From: a bacterium
GTDB lineage: Bacteria > Planctomycetota > SZUA-567
Length of the DNA stretch: 64,000 nt
Assembly (NCBI GenBank): GCA_003245715.1
Contig: QKCJ01000019.1
Coordinates: forward strand, 3,119-67,118
Direction of reading: 5' to 3'
The notes under the pieces: generated by a model
What the model saw: only the letters and a program-made list of their open reading frames with translations
What the model was told of the DNA's origin: nothing
Databases searched by the model: none
Part shown: one piece after another, positions 41,306-50,668 of the stretch
Layout of the letters: each line of letters begins with the position of its first letter
Numbering within the stretch: position 1 is the stretch's first letter
Program-made: the position numbers and the translations under genes

Positions 41306-41968
41306 TCAGGATTTATAGCCGTTTTCACCGATCAGCGGCACAAAAACCACATAAATACCGTCTTTAACCGTAATTTCGCCGCTGGCTGATTTACTGACAG
41401 TCTGTAAAATCTGTTCATCACCCCTAGCAACCGGCGCGACCATTATCCCGCCATTGGCAAGCTGCCCGATCAGCCCTTCTTTTAATTCCGGCGCGCAGCA
41501 GGTCATGATTATCCGCTCATAGGGCGCATTCTCAGCCCAACCCAGACTCCCGTCAGCAACCTTCAGATTAACCGAATAACCGCATTTCTCAAGGTTTTTC
41601 GCCGCCAACTGCGAGAGCGACCGGTGCCGCTCAACCGAATACACCTCACACCCCAACTCAGCCAGCACCGCCGATTGATAACCGCAGCCAGTACCGATTT
41701 CCAGAACCTTATTTCCCGGACTTAGCTCCAGCATCTGTGTCATAAGCGCGACGATATACGGCTGCGAGATCGTCTGGGAGCAGGCAATTGCCAGAGGATG
41801 ATCCTCATAAGCCTCATCCCAGTCAACAGGTTGGACAAACTCATGGCGCGGAACCGTCCCCATTGCCGCCAGCACGTTACTGTCAGTTATGCCACGCGCC
41901 TTGAGCTGATGCTCAACCATTTCAGCGCGCATCTCTTCAAAATCAAATTCCGGTTCACCCAGCATCAT
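41306..41968 (-). CDS. pcm: Protein-L-isoaspartate O-methyltransferase
   Basis: 220 aa. Contains ISQPYIVALMTQMLEL...KVLEIGTGCGYQSAVLAEL (SAM-binding motif) and VPRHEFV. Confidence 0.92.
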   Translation of the reverse strand: MMLGEPEFDFEEMRAEMVEHQLKARGITDSNVLAAMGTVPRHEFVQPVDWDEAYEDHPLAIACSQTISQPYIVALMTQMLELSPGNKVLEIGTGCGYQSAVLAELGCEVYSVERHRSLSQLAAKNLEKCGYSVNLKVADGSLGWAENAPYERIIMTCCAPELKEGLIGQLANGGIMVAPVARGDEQILQTVSKSASGEITVKDGIYVVFVPLIGENGYKS

Positions 41969-42144
41969 TGCAAAAGACCTTATTTAACCATTAAAAATGC
42001 CGCCTGCCTTGCCAAGCAGCACTTTATTATTTATCTATTTAAGCTATTACCATTTATTGCGGCAAGTAAAAACTGATTTTTTCGCAAGATTCAGCGCCAC
42101 AATCAAGCATTTCAAGGCAACTTGCGCTATTTTGCGAAACATTT

Positions 42145-42876
42145 TCAGGAAAAATAGCCCCGCGGATTGACCAGCCAACCGTCAATAATTCGGCAATCGG
42201 CATTTCCTACAATCACCGTGCTCTTCATGCCTATTTCTGCCTGCGCCAGGCTTGCCACCGCACAAATCTGCACATTCTCATCAGCCAGACCGATTGAACT
42301 GACAATCCCCACCGGTGTCTCTGGCGGGAGGTATTTTTCAAATAGCTCACAGGCTCTGGCAAACGGCTCAGTCCGGCTGCGGCTTTTGGGGTTATATAAA
42401 ACAATTACAAACCCGCCAACCAGAGCCGCTTCCAGACGTTTGAGGATTTTCTCAAGCGGTACAAGCAGATCACTGAGGCTGATATTCGCATAATCAAGCA
42501 TCAGCGGCGCTCCGAGTTTTGCCGCCGCAGAACACGCCGCAGTCACGCCGGGGATTATTTCAAATTTGATATCCGCCGCCGCAAACTCCCGCTCTTTCAT
42601 CTCAAGAGCCAGCCCAGCCATGCCATACACCCCTGCATCGCCAGAGCTTATCAGCGCTACACCCGCCCCGCCAGCCGCCAGCTCAAGCGCGCGAAAAACC
42701 CTTTCAGATTCTTTCTTCATGCCTGAAGAGTAAAGCTCTTTGCCCTCAAGCAGATCATTAATCCGCTCAAGATACGGCCCGTAACCGACAATAACCTTAC
42801 TCGCACTAATCGCCTGAGTCGCGCGCTCCGTCCGGTCCTCAACCGATCCCGGCCCTATTCCGACAAGCCGCAACAC
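42145..42876 (-). CDS. cbiH: Precorrin-3B / cobalt-precorrin-3 C17-methyltransferase (CbiH/CobJ type)
   Basis: LRLVGIGPGS...VIVGYGPYL...ALISSGDAGVYGMAG is the tetrapyrrole methylase pattern. The ORF is open up to ATG 42960 and 42936. GTG 42876 gives the usual short N-terminus and a 22-nt overlap with cbiG. Confidence 0.82.
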   Translation of the reverse strand: MLRLVGIGPGSVEDRTERATQAISASKVIVGYGPYLERINDLLEGKELYSSGMKKESERVFRALELAAGGAGVALISSGDAGVYGMAGLALEMKEREFAAADIKFEIIPGVTAACSAAAKLGAPLMLDYANISLSDLLVPLEKILKRLEAALVGGFVIVLYNPKSRSRTEPFARACELFEKYLPPETPVGIVSSIGLADENVQICAVASLAQAEIGMKSTVIVGNADCRIIDGWLVNPRGYFS

Positions 42877-43649
42877 TCCAGCGCCAACGCCACCGTCACC
42901 CCGTCCCGCACCATCTTTTTCTGTATCAGTCTGCATCTTGCCCCACCCAGCAGCGCACATGGCTCAGCCACCGCCGGCAATCCTGTTTTATTTTCGACAA
43001 ATTCCGAACGTTCAAATTCATAACCACAATCAATTATAGCAGAATGCGCGATGATCCGTAAGGGCAGAGACATATTTTGTGCCGCTTTTATCAGACCGTC
43101 CTCATCCGCCTTTATCTGCGCGGTGGCAATCAGCCGCAGATCACTTATCTTATACCCGGCTTCAGCCACCGCCGCTTCCAGAGCCGAGCGCACCTGCAGC
43201 TCACTAACCCCACGCCGGCAGCCAACCCCGGCAATCAACGTTTTCTCCGCTTCAGTTGTTGTCGTCACAACCGGCTCCGCACCAATCACGTTTGCAAGAT
43301 TATAAGCAAGCTTATTCGCACCGCCCTCATGCCCGCTGAGCAGGCTGATGACATTCCGCCCCACTACATCAATAACCACTACCGCCGGATCAGAATACTT
43401 GCTCGCTATTTCCCCGGCTATCGCCCTGACGACTACTCCGGTCGGCATAATATAAACCAGCGCCGGATAATTTTTGAATATCTCCCCCGTCAGTTCGATT
43501 ACACTTGAGAATTCCCGCGTCAAATCAGTCCCACGGCCACCAACTGCCGACTCATGCAAGTACAGATCTCCGGGATATTTATCCATAAGAATCCGGGCAA
43601 TACCCGCGCCTTTTGCCGAGAGTGAAATATAAGCAATTTTGTTTACCAT
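42855..43649 (-). CDS. cbiG: Cobalamin biosynthesis protein CbiG (cobalt-precorrin-5A hydrolase type)
   Basis: 264 aa. IAYISLSAKGAGIARIL..., LIAGVGCRRGV and LRLIATAQIKADE are CbiG-like segments. Adjacent to cbiH. Confidence 0.75.
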   Translation of the reverse strand: MVNKIAYISLSAKGAGIARILMDKYPGDLYLHESAVGGRGTDLTREFSSVIELTGEIFKNYPALVYIMPTGVVVRAIAGEIASKYSDPAVVVIDVVGRNVISLLSGHEGGANKLAYNLANVIGAEPVVTTTTEAEKTLIAGVGCRRGVSELQVRSALEAAVAEAGYKISDLRLIATAQIKADEDGLIKAAQNMSLPLRIIAHSAIIDCGYEFERSEFVENKTGLPAVAEPCALLGGARCRLIQKKMVRDGVTVALALECCGLSE

Positions 43650-43804
43650 ATGCTTATTCCATTTTTTCCCTTTAGATATTCATAAAATTTTATATATTTA
43701 AATTAATTACCGAAACAATCGATATACCCGATACTCTAATTATACATAAAGCGGGCTTTAAGATTTCATAAAGTTTATTTTACTATTCATACAGGGAGAA
43801 TAAC

Positions 43805-44080
43805 ATGAAAAAATCAAAATTAGAAGACGCACAGATGGAAGGGATTGCAGGGGGAGCCGGCAATGCCCGCTATAATACGATGGTTACTGAAATGAATTTT
43901 TCAGCTCTTGAAGACGGCAAGACTTATGCCATCTACGACCCTTCCAAAGAGACCACACTCTTCAGAGTCAACAAAAACCCGAATAATCCTATAGCTACCC
44001 TGAGCAAGGAAGAACTGGTCAAATACGTAAACGAAAATGCCGATCAGTTAAGGCAGATGGCTGTGGTTGCTGTGGAATAA
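43805..44080 (+). CDS. Small protein with a double-glycine (GG) type leader
   Basis: 91 aa. MKKSKLEDAQMEGIAGG/AG... has hydrophobic residues at -4, -7 and -12 and GG at -2/-1. AGGGAGA RBS. Followed by a bidirectional terminator. Confidence 0.6.
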   Translation: MKKSKLEDAQMEGIAGGAGNARYNTMVTEMNFSALEDGKTYAIYDPSKETTLFRVNKNPNNPIATLSKEELVKYVNENADQLRQMAVVAVE

Positions 44081-44153
44081 CCTTTATCCCCGTTTTTACT
44101 TTTACACCAGTCAGCATTGCCAAGAACCATTAAATATTGTTTACCGGCCACAT

Positions 44154-44188
44154 AAAAACAGCCCGCCTTTCTCAGGCAGACTGTTTTT
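44154..44188. terminator. Bidirectional terminator between the GG-leader gene and adk
   Basis: acagcccgcc (44158-67) / ggcagactgt (44175-84): 8 of 10 positions pair. A5 upstream and T5 downstream. Confidence 0.65.
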
Positions 44189-44230
44189 ATTTTTGCATGA
44201 TTTCTAATGCCGCGAATTTATCTGCAGCGC

Positions 44231-44923
<693 letters not shown>

Positions 44924-44981
44924 TTAAGGTTTTGTTAAAATGATATTGCCAGCCATATTCAATGTAAAGGCTTTAGGTAAT

Positions 44982-45010
44982 AAAAAAGCACAGACCCGGC
45001 GATCTGTGCT
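44982..45010 (-). terminator. Rho-independent terminator of rbfA
   Basis: 8-bp perfect stem agcacaga (44987-94) / tctgtgct (45003-10). On the minus strand it is followed by a U6 run (complement of the A run 44982-87). Confidence 0.8.
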
Positions 45011-45045
45011 ATACAAACTTCAATTCTTTAACAAATTAACAATTA

Positions 45046-45513
45046 CTAATAACGATCTTCATCTTCTTCGTCATCATATTCGTCATCATATTCATCTTCT
45101 TCGTAGTCACCATCATCGTATTCAGAATCAGAAGAATCCTCTTCCTCTTCGATACGCTCACCGGGATTAGGGTCGGTGCTGCGCGCTTCAGCGATCAGCT
45201 TCTCCATCTCATCAGCCTCGGCAACATAACGCTCACGCCGGAAAATAATCTCAGGCGTAACCTTCATCTGCATTACCTTGCCAAGCTCACGGCGGATAAA
45301 ACCTGTGGCCTGATCGAGCTTTGAGAGAGTGGCAAGCTGTTTTTCCTCATCACCGTAAACACTGATGAAAATTTTGGCATTACGCATATCAGGCGAAACC
45401 TCGCTGCGGGTAACGGTGACAAAACCCAGACTCTCGTCCTTGAGGTTTCTGATAATGGTGCTTACTTCCTGTATTAACCGGGCATTGACCCGCTGCTGCC
45501 TTCTGCTTGGCAT
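45046..45513 (-). CDS. rbfA: Ribosome-binding factor A with a poly-acidic C-terminal extension
   Basis: 155 aa. RQQRVNARLIQEVSTIIRNLKDESLGFVTVTRSEVSPDMRNAKIFISV is the RbfA core. The tail is EEEEDSSDSEYDDGDYEEDEYDDEYDDEEDEDRY. Confidence 0.9.
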   Translation of the reverse strand: MPSRRQQRVNARLIQEVSTIIRNLKDESLGFVTVTRSEVSPDMRNAKIFISVYGDEEKQLATLSKLDQATGFIRRELGKVMQMKVTPEIIFRRERYVAEADEMEKLIAEARSTDPNPGERIEEEEDSSDSEYDDGDYEEDEYDDEYDDEEDEDRY

Positions 45514-45586
45514 TTATTTCCTTTCAAGATTGCACTTCAAGATTTTTTCAGTTTCTTCGTTTAGTAAATACTGCTGTTTGCTGACA

Positions 45587-47932
45587 TTATTTTCCCACGC
45601 CAGCATCCTTCTTCAGCGGCGGCGTCTTATCGGTAAAGATCAGATCGCCATACAATCCGCTGCGGGAGTTAGAACCAAATGTATCCGCCCACTGGACAAT
45701 TTCAAGACCTGAACCTTTTTTATCTTCAACCTTACCCTTGTTTTCCTCTTGCGCTTCTGCCTTCTTGACCTCTTCCGATCCGAGGTCTTCCTTGGCAAGC
45801 TCAGCAATATTAAAGCGGCTGACACTGCCACCCTTGCTGACCTCCGGAGCTGCCGCCCCCGACGAAGCAACAAACGGATTCTCATGCACCGCGCTCAGCT
45901 GATAGTCATTTCGTGAAACATTAAACGCCCAGCGCTCTCCCGGTTTTGGCCCACGCGGCATGCCGAGCGCCTGATAAGGTATGAACGCCTCGACGGTATA
46001 ATAATCGCGGCGGGTTGTAATTTTTGACTGCCAGGCCGGATTCCAGCTCAGCCCCAGCCTGCTTGAGCGGTCTAAGGTAACACCCTTGACATTAACGGCA
46101 AACTGATAATACTCCCGGCCGCGGTTATAAGGGTCAATAAAAATTTCAACACTTTCATCACGATGTACCGGATCATCATGATTGAGCGCCGAGGTAACGA
46201 TAGTCTCCGGGTCTTTGGCCGCGCAGCGCGCTATTACATAGATACCCTTGTCATCATAAGTGACCTTCGCTTCAATCGGCAGCTTCGGCTTTGCTCCTGT
46301 GCCGATAACGCCAAAGCCAGCAAGCTCTGCAGCATCCTTCCAGGTATCCTCTGACATCATACCGTCAATCACAATCTTGCCGGAAGCCCTGTAAAGCTCT
46401 GCATATTTGCGCTTACTAATAATCATCTGCTGCGAGGCAGATCCGACCCCGTGCATGTTGACTGTCAACACCGGCATCGGCGCTTCGGGGTCTTTGGCAA
46501 AACGCTTGACAGTGAAATTGGCGATCCCCTCAAAACCGCTCTTTAAGTTAAAACGCACCGCCTGCGGCTCAACAGTAAAGGCAGAATCCGGCGCAACCTT
46601 CCAGATCAGCTCACCACTAATATCACGCGGCGAAGGGTTGGCAATCATAAATGAAAGCATTCCCGGATTATTCGGATTATCAACCGCCCGCGCAGCTTCA
46701 CGCGCAACCGTCAGAACCTCACGCTGCAAGGTCAGCGCCGCCAGAGCGTCGGTAAGAATATCCATCTTCTCAAGCGACGGCTCGCCCTGCAGGCTACGCC
46801 CATCGGTAAATACCGTCAGAGTATCCAGCTGGCGCATCCCGTCAGCGGAGAAGACATTCCAGTCCAGCCGTAGCGGAGTAGCCGTAAGCACCGCAAAATG
46901 CGCCTCGACACTCGCCGCCGCCTTGTACTCACGCCCAAGGGGAACCTTGCCGCTACTGGCCAGGCCACCACTGACAATATAACGCACCGCACTCGAATCA
47001 CCTGACTTGACCGGAAGTGAACGCTGATAATATTTCGCTCCGCCACTTACCACCAGATCAACCCCGCCCGTTTCAAGAAGCGTTCCCAGTGTCTCGATAG
47101 CCCGCGCATAAATTCTGGTCGCGCCGAATAACGGTTGTGAAAGACTGAGCACCGCCCACGGCTGGGTATTGGCCGCGAGGTCCTGCTCAAGCCAGCTTAA
47201 TACTTTCTGCCGGCTCGAAGGCTGCTTAAGCTCATCAATATCAAGGAAAATCATATGAACACAACCAATATCCCTGCTCCAGTACGCAGAAGTATTAACC
47301 CCGCCACCGGCATTCGCCGGCATCATTCTCTGATTCTCCGGCAGCAACATAAGCGGAGATTTTTCAGACAAGGGCTGCAAAGGCAGAAATACCAGATCAT
47401 CCCAGCTCTTTAAGGACGCGTCTTGCGGCAGATTGCCCCCAAGCACCACCGATGAATTAAGGTTGTGCATACCCAGATGCGCCGCCGCCGCCGAGACATT
47501 CAGGGCATCAAGCCCGATTCCCGAGATAAAACCAATCGATGCCATCCCCTCAGGCGAGGCGTTATTGACAACCACCTGCGCACTCTTATAGTCACCTAGC
47601 AAAACCTCCAGAGTCTGGCTGCCATTCTCAGGCAGGAGCGGAAGAATGTTGATAATATGTTCGGTAGTACTGCTGCCGTAACGTCGGGTCATTTTCTTCT
47701 CGCCACCAACTCGAATACCGGCAACCCGGGGCAATTTGGTGCGAAAACGAATATCTTCAGTCGAGGAAACAGGGCCAAGCAGGATATAAGGGCCAGCGAC
47801 AATCTCCGGATTATGCGGCCTGGTATCATCAAGAACCTCCGGCATCTCCGCACAAGCGCCTAACATTAAAGCAGTTAAGAGAATCGCCACCATCCCCAAA
47901 CCGGAAATTAACATTTTTTTATATCGCATCAT
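45587..47932 (-). CDS. Large lipoprotein: degenerate metallophosphoesterase-like region plus a CBM9/DOMON-like C-terminal domain
   Basis: Lipoprotein-type signal MMRYKKMLISGLGMVAILLTALMLGAC. The central VDLVVSGGAKYYQRS and VVLGGNLP resemble phosphoesterase motifs with the His residues missing. The C-terminal IDGMMSEDTWKDAA...DESVEIFIDPYNRGREYYQFAVN is CBM9-like. Confidence 0.6.
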   Translation of the reverse strand: MMRYKKMLISGLGMVAILLTALMLGACAEMPEVLDDTRPHNPEIVAGPYILLGPVSSTEDIRFRTKLPRVAGIRVGGEKKMTRRYGSSTTEHIINILPLLPENGSQTLEVLLGDYKSAQVVVNNASPEGMASIGFISGIGLDALNVSAAAAHLGMHNLNSSVVLGGNLPQDASLKSWDDLVFLPLQPLSEKSPLMLLPENQRMMPANAGGGVNTSAYWSRDIGCVHMIFLDIDELKQPSSRQKVLSWLEQDLAANTQPWAVLSLSQPLFGATRIYARAIETLGTLLETGGVDLVVSGGAKYYQRSLPVKSGDSSAVRYIVSGGLASSGKVPLGREYKAAASVEAHFAVLTATPLRLDWNVFSADGMRQLDTLTVFTDGRSLQGEPSLEKMDILTDALAALTLQREVLTVAREAARAVDNPNNPGMLSFMIANPSPRDISGELIWKVAPDSAFTVEPQAVRFNLKSGFEGIANFTVKRFAKDPEAPMPVLTVNMHGVGSASQQMIISKRKYAELYRASGKIVIDGMMSEDTWKDAAELAGFGVIGTGAKPKLPIEAKVTYDDKGIYVIARCAAKDPETIVTSALNHDDPVHRDESVEIFIDPYNRGREYYQFAVNVKGVTLDRSSRLGLSWNPAWQSKITTRRDYYTVEAFIPYQALGMPRGPKPGERWAFNVSRNDYQLSAVHENPFVASSGAAAPEVSKGGSVSRFNIAELAKEDLGSEEVKKAEAQEENKGKVEDKKGSGLEIVQWADTFGSNSRSGLYGDLIFTDKTPPLKKDAGVGK

Positions 47933-48259
47933 AAACACCCCGTTATGGCCATAAACAAGATTTAAATTCATAACTGCTTATCAGTAAAAGAGTAAAAAGC
48001 AGATTTTTTTCTGAAAAAGATTAAAGATTAAAAAATAATTACAGCATTCCATAAATTTATCGGCGCAATCCACCCTGCCAGAGCATAAATAAACCTCCGT
48101 TAATGGCAACTTACACCGGAATCTTCAGGGTCATTTGCACCCGCCAAATCATTAGCAGCATATTTCTACTTGTATGGAGTATAACGAGATAAATCAAGGC
48201 AATTCACCATATATGCTGTAAAAAACAGTCCGATAACTGCTATTTTACCATTTTTTGTA

Positions 48260-48288
48260 TTGACGCAAAGCACGCAAAATAGATAATC
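48260..48288 (+). promoter_or_regulatory. Candidate sigma70-type promoter
   Basis: TTGACG (48260-65), 16-nt spacer, GATAAT (48282-87). It would give a leader of about 185 nt before the GTG at 48478. Confidence 0.35.
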
Positions 48289-48477
48289 TTCTTGTCATTG
48301 CAAAAGGCAGGCGGCAAGCACTGCAGTATTTATATGTTACTACGCCGCTTCATTCCTTTTTGTGACAGGGGATTGGGAGAAGTATTTTAGGTTTTTGTTT
48401 GTAATGTATTATATTACGGCTTTGGGTATCTGTTTTACTCAAAAGTCCCGATAATATAAGCAATACGGGGGATTTTC

Positions 48478-49059
48478 GTGGGCGATAATCACGAAGAAAC
48501 AACATCTGAGCTTGAAAGCAAATTTCTGGCTGCAGGTAAGACAGGAAAACTGGGCAAATTAAACGACCAGGTCTTCTACGCCTTACGCCATAACACCAGC
48601 GAAAATATTAAGTTCCCGTTCAGCAAGCAGAAGTTTGGAGCGCTTCTCAACATCGCTGCTGCAACTGATGAACAGATCCTTGAGAAGATTGCCAGGCAGC
48701 TTCTTGAGCATGGTCTGGCTTTCGCACTCTGCACCGGTGAGCAGTCTGACCTAATGAGCGAGATCATCGACCGTCTGATTGATGAAAACAACTTCACACA
48801 CGACGGCTTTACTCCATACTCAAGTATTGAAGAAGGTCTCAGCGATGCCATGCAGTACTTTGCACTGCCAACCGGCATCACCCAGACCAGCCTGATTATC
48901 ACAATCGGCAACGATGACGATCAAGGTTCTGCGATGAATCTTTTCGACAACCTCTTCGGCGGTGAGATTGAGATCGAAAACCTCACTGAAGACGAATGGC
49001 TCTGGACTGTCCTGCAGGAGACCTTTAATGTCACCGAAATGGAAACTGTCGCTCTCTAA
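48478..49059 (+). CDS. Hypothetical acidic cytoplasmic protein
   Basis: 193 aa. GTG start preceded by GGGGGA. Followed by a terminator. No motif I recognise. Confidence 0.55.
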   Translation: MGDNHEETTSELESKFLAAGKTGKLGKLNDQVFYALRHNTSENIKFPFSKQKFGALLNIAAATDEQILEKIARQLLEHGLAFALCTGEQSDLMSEIIDRLIDENNFTHDGFTPYSSIEEGLSDAMQYFALPTGITQTSLIITIGNDDDQGSAMNLFDNLFGGEIEIENLTEDEWLWTVLQETFNVTEMETVAL

Positions 49060-49088
49060 GTTTTATAACTAAAGTTTAAATTATTAAC

Positions 49089-49114
49089 CTCCGCTCTCCC
49101 GCGGGGGTTTTTTC
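49089..49114 (+). terminator. Rho-independent terminator
   Basis: cctccgc (49089-95) / gcggggg (49102-08): 7-bp stem with one G-U, followed by T6. Confidence 0.7.
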
Positions 49115-49234
49115 TTGCCATCATTTATTTTCATACTTAAACCGGTACACCCTATTTGCCTGAGCGCAAAAATATGCTAGCATATTTCATAATTACGCGC
49201 ACCGGAATCATTCACGATTAATCAAGGGATCAAT

Positions 49235-50629
49235 TTGAATATCAGCGAACTTGTCAGCGAATGCGATTTCAACAGATGCGGCATCAGCCCTGAGCGTCTT
49301 TACCTGAGACGGGGTGGTGAGATCAGCAGGAAAGGCAAGTTTGTCCTGTACTGGATGCAGGCCTCGCAGCGCTCCGAGTTTAACCCCGCCCTTGAAGGTG
49401 CTGCGCTGCTGGCAAACCGGCTCAACCTTCCGCTAATAACGGGTGTTGTCCTGATTAATAATTATCCGGCGGCCAGCGCCCGGCATTACCGCTTCATGCT
49501 TGAGGGCTGGCGTGAGCTATCGGAAAAATTCAGCAAACGCGGTATTGATTTTCGCCTTGAACAGAATGCTGCGATTAAAGGCGTCATTAATCTCGCCAAA
49601 GAATCAGCGCTGGTTGTCTGCGACTGCGGCTATACAAAATTTCAGGAATGGTGGCGGCTTGAAGTGAGCAGGAATATCAATATCCCGCTTCTGCAGATTG
49701 AAGGCGACGTAGTTGTGCCTGTACGGACGGCAAGCAACAAAGAGGAGTATTCCGCACGCACCATCCGCCCGAAAATCCATCGCCTGCTGCCAAGCCAGCT
49801 TGTGCCGCTGCAGAAGGTACGTCTGAAGAATAAAAATAATTCCCCAGCAGCGAAGAACGACTCCAACCAGAAGACGCTTTCTTTTTTACTTTCAAACCTC
49901 AAGCTGGAAGAAAGTGACCAAGAGATAACCTTCACCGGCGGCGAGAATGAAGCGCTAAAAAGGCTTAAAATTTTCATCCGAAAAAGCGCCGCACATTATA
50001 ACGACAAAGCAAACGACCCCACAGCCGACGCCACCTCGGAACTCAGCCCGTATATCCATTTCGGACAGATCTCCCCTTCACATATCGCGCTTGATATCCT
50101 CAGCGAATGGGGCGGGAAAGAGTCGGAAGGATTTTTGGAGCAGCTTATTGTCAGACGCGAACTGGCGATGAATTTTGTCTTCTATAATGACGATTACGAC
50201 AATCCCCGCTGCACTCCTGACTGGGCGGTGCGTACCCTTGAGCAGCACGCAAAGGACAAGCGCGAATATCTTTATTCTTATGAGGATTTTGCTGAAGGCA
50301 AAACCCATGACCCAGCCTGGAATGCCGCGCAGCTTCAGATGGTCAGAACCGGCCATATGGCAAATTATATGCGGATGTACTGGGGCAAAAAAGTTCTGGA
50401 ATGGACACCAGACTGGCAGACAGCTTACAAATATCTTGTCAGGCTTAATGACACCTACGAGCTTGACGGGCGCGACCCTAACGGTTATACCGGGATTGCC
50501 TGGATCTTCGGCAAGCATGACCGTGCCTGGCAGGAGCGTGAAATTTTCGGCAAGACCCGTTACATGAACGCCGCCGGGCTGAAGCGCAAATTTGATATTG
50601 CTTCTTATATCCAGAAATATCTTGCATGA
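49235..50629 (+). CDS. phr: Deoxyribodipyrimidine photolyase, class II type
   Basis: 464 aa. FVLYWMQASQR..., GHMANYMRMYWGKKVLEW and LNDTYELDGRDPNGYTGIAWIFGKHDRAWQEREIFGKTRYMNAAGLKRKFD match the class II CPD photolyase C-terminal signature, not the class I one. TTG start. Confidence 0.85.
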   Translation: MNISELVSECDFNRCGISPERLYLRRGGEISRKGKFVLYWMQASQRSEFNPALEGAALLANRLNLPLITGVVLINNYPAASARHYRFMLEGWRELSEKFSKRGIDFRLEQNAAIKGVINLAKESALVVCDCGYTKFQEWWRLEVSRNINIPLLQIEGDVVVPVRTASNKEEYSARTIRPKIHRLLPSQLVPLQKVRLKNKNNSPAAKNDSNQKTLSFLLSNLKLEESDQEITFTGGENEALKRLKIFIRKSAAHYNDKANDPTADATSELSPYIHFGQISPSHIALDILSEWGGKESEGFLEQLIVRRELAMNFVFYNDDYDNPRCTPDWAVRTLEQHAKDKREYLYSYEDFAEGKTHDPAWNAAQLQMVRTGHMANYMRMYWGKKVLEWTPDWQTAYKYLVRLNDTYELDGRDPNGYTGIAWIFGKHDRAWQEREIFGKTRYMNAAGLKRKFDIASYIQKYLA

Positions 50630-50668
50630 GTGGCGCTCAAAAAAACGGCCATTACAGCCACGTAAATA

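Noticed and set aside
43650-43804. Possible cobalamin riboswitch upstream of cbiG
   Set aside because: The region is short, very AT-rich and lacks anything resembling the conserved B12-box core. It is more likely just a divergent promoter region.
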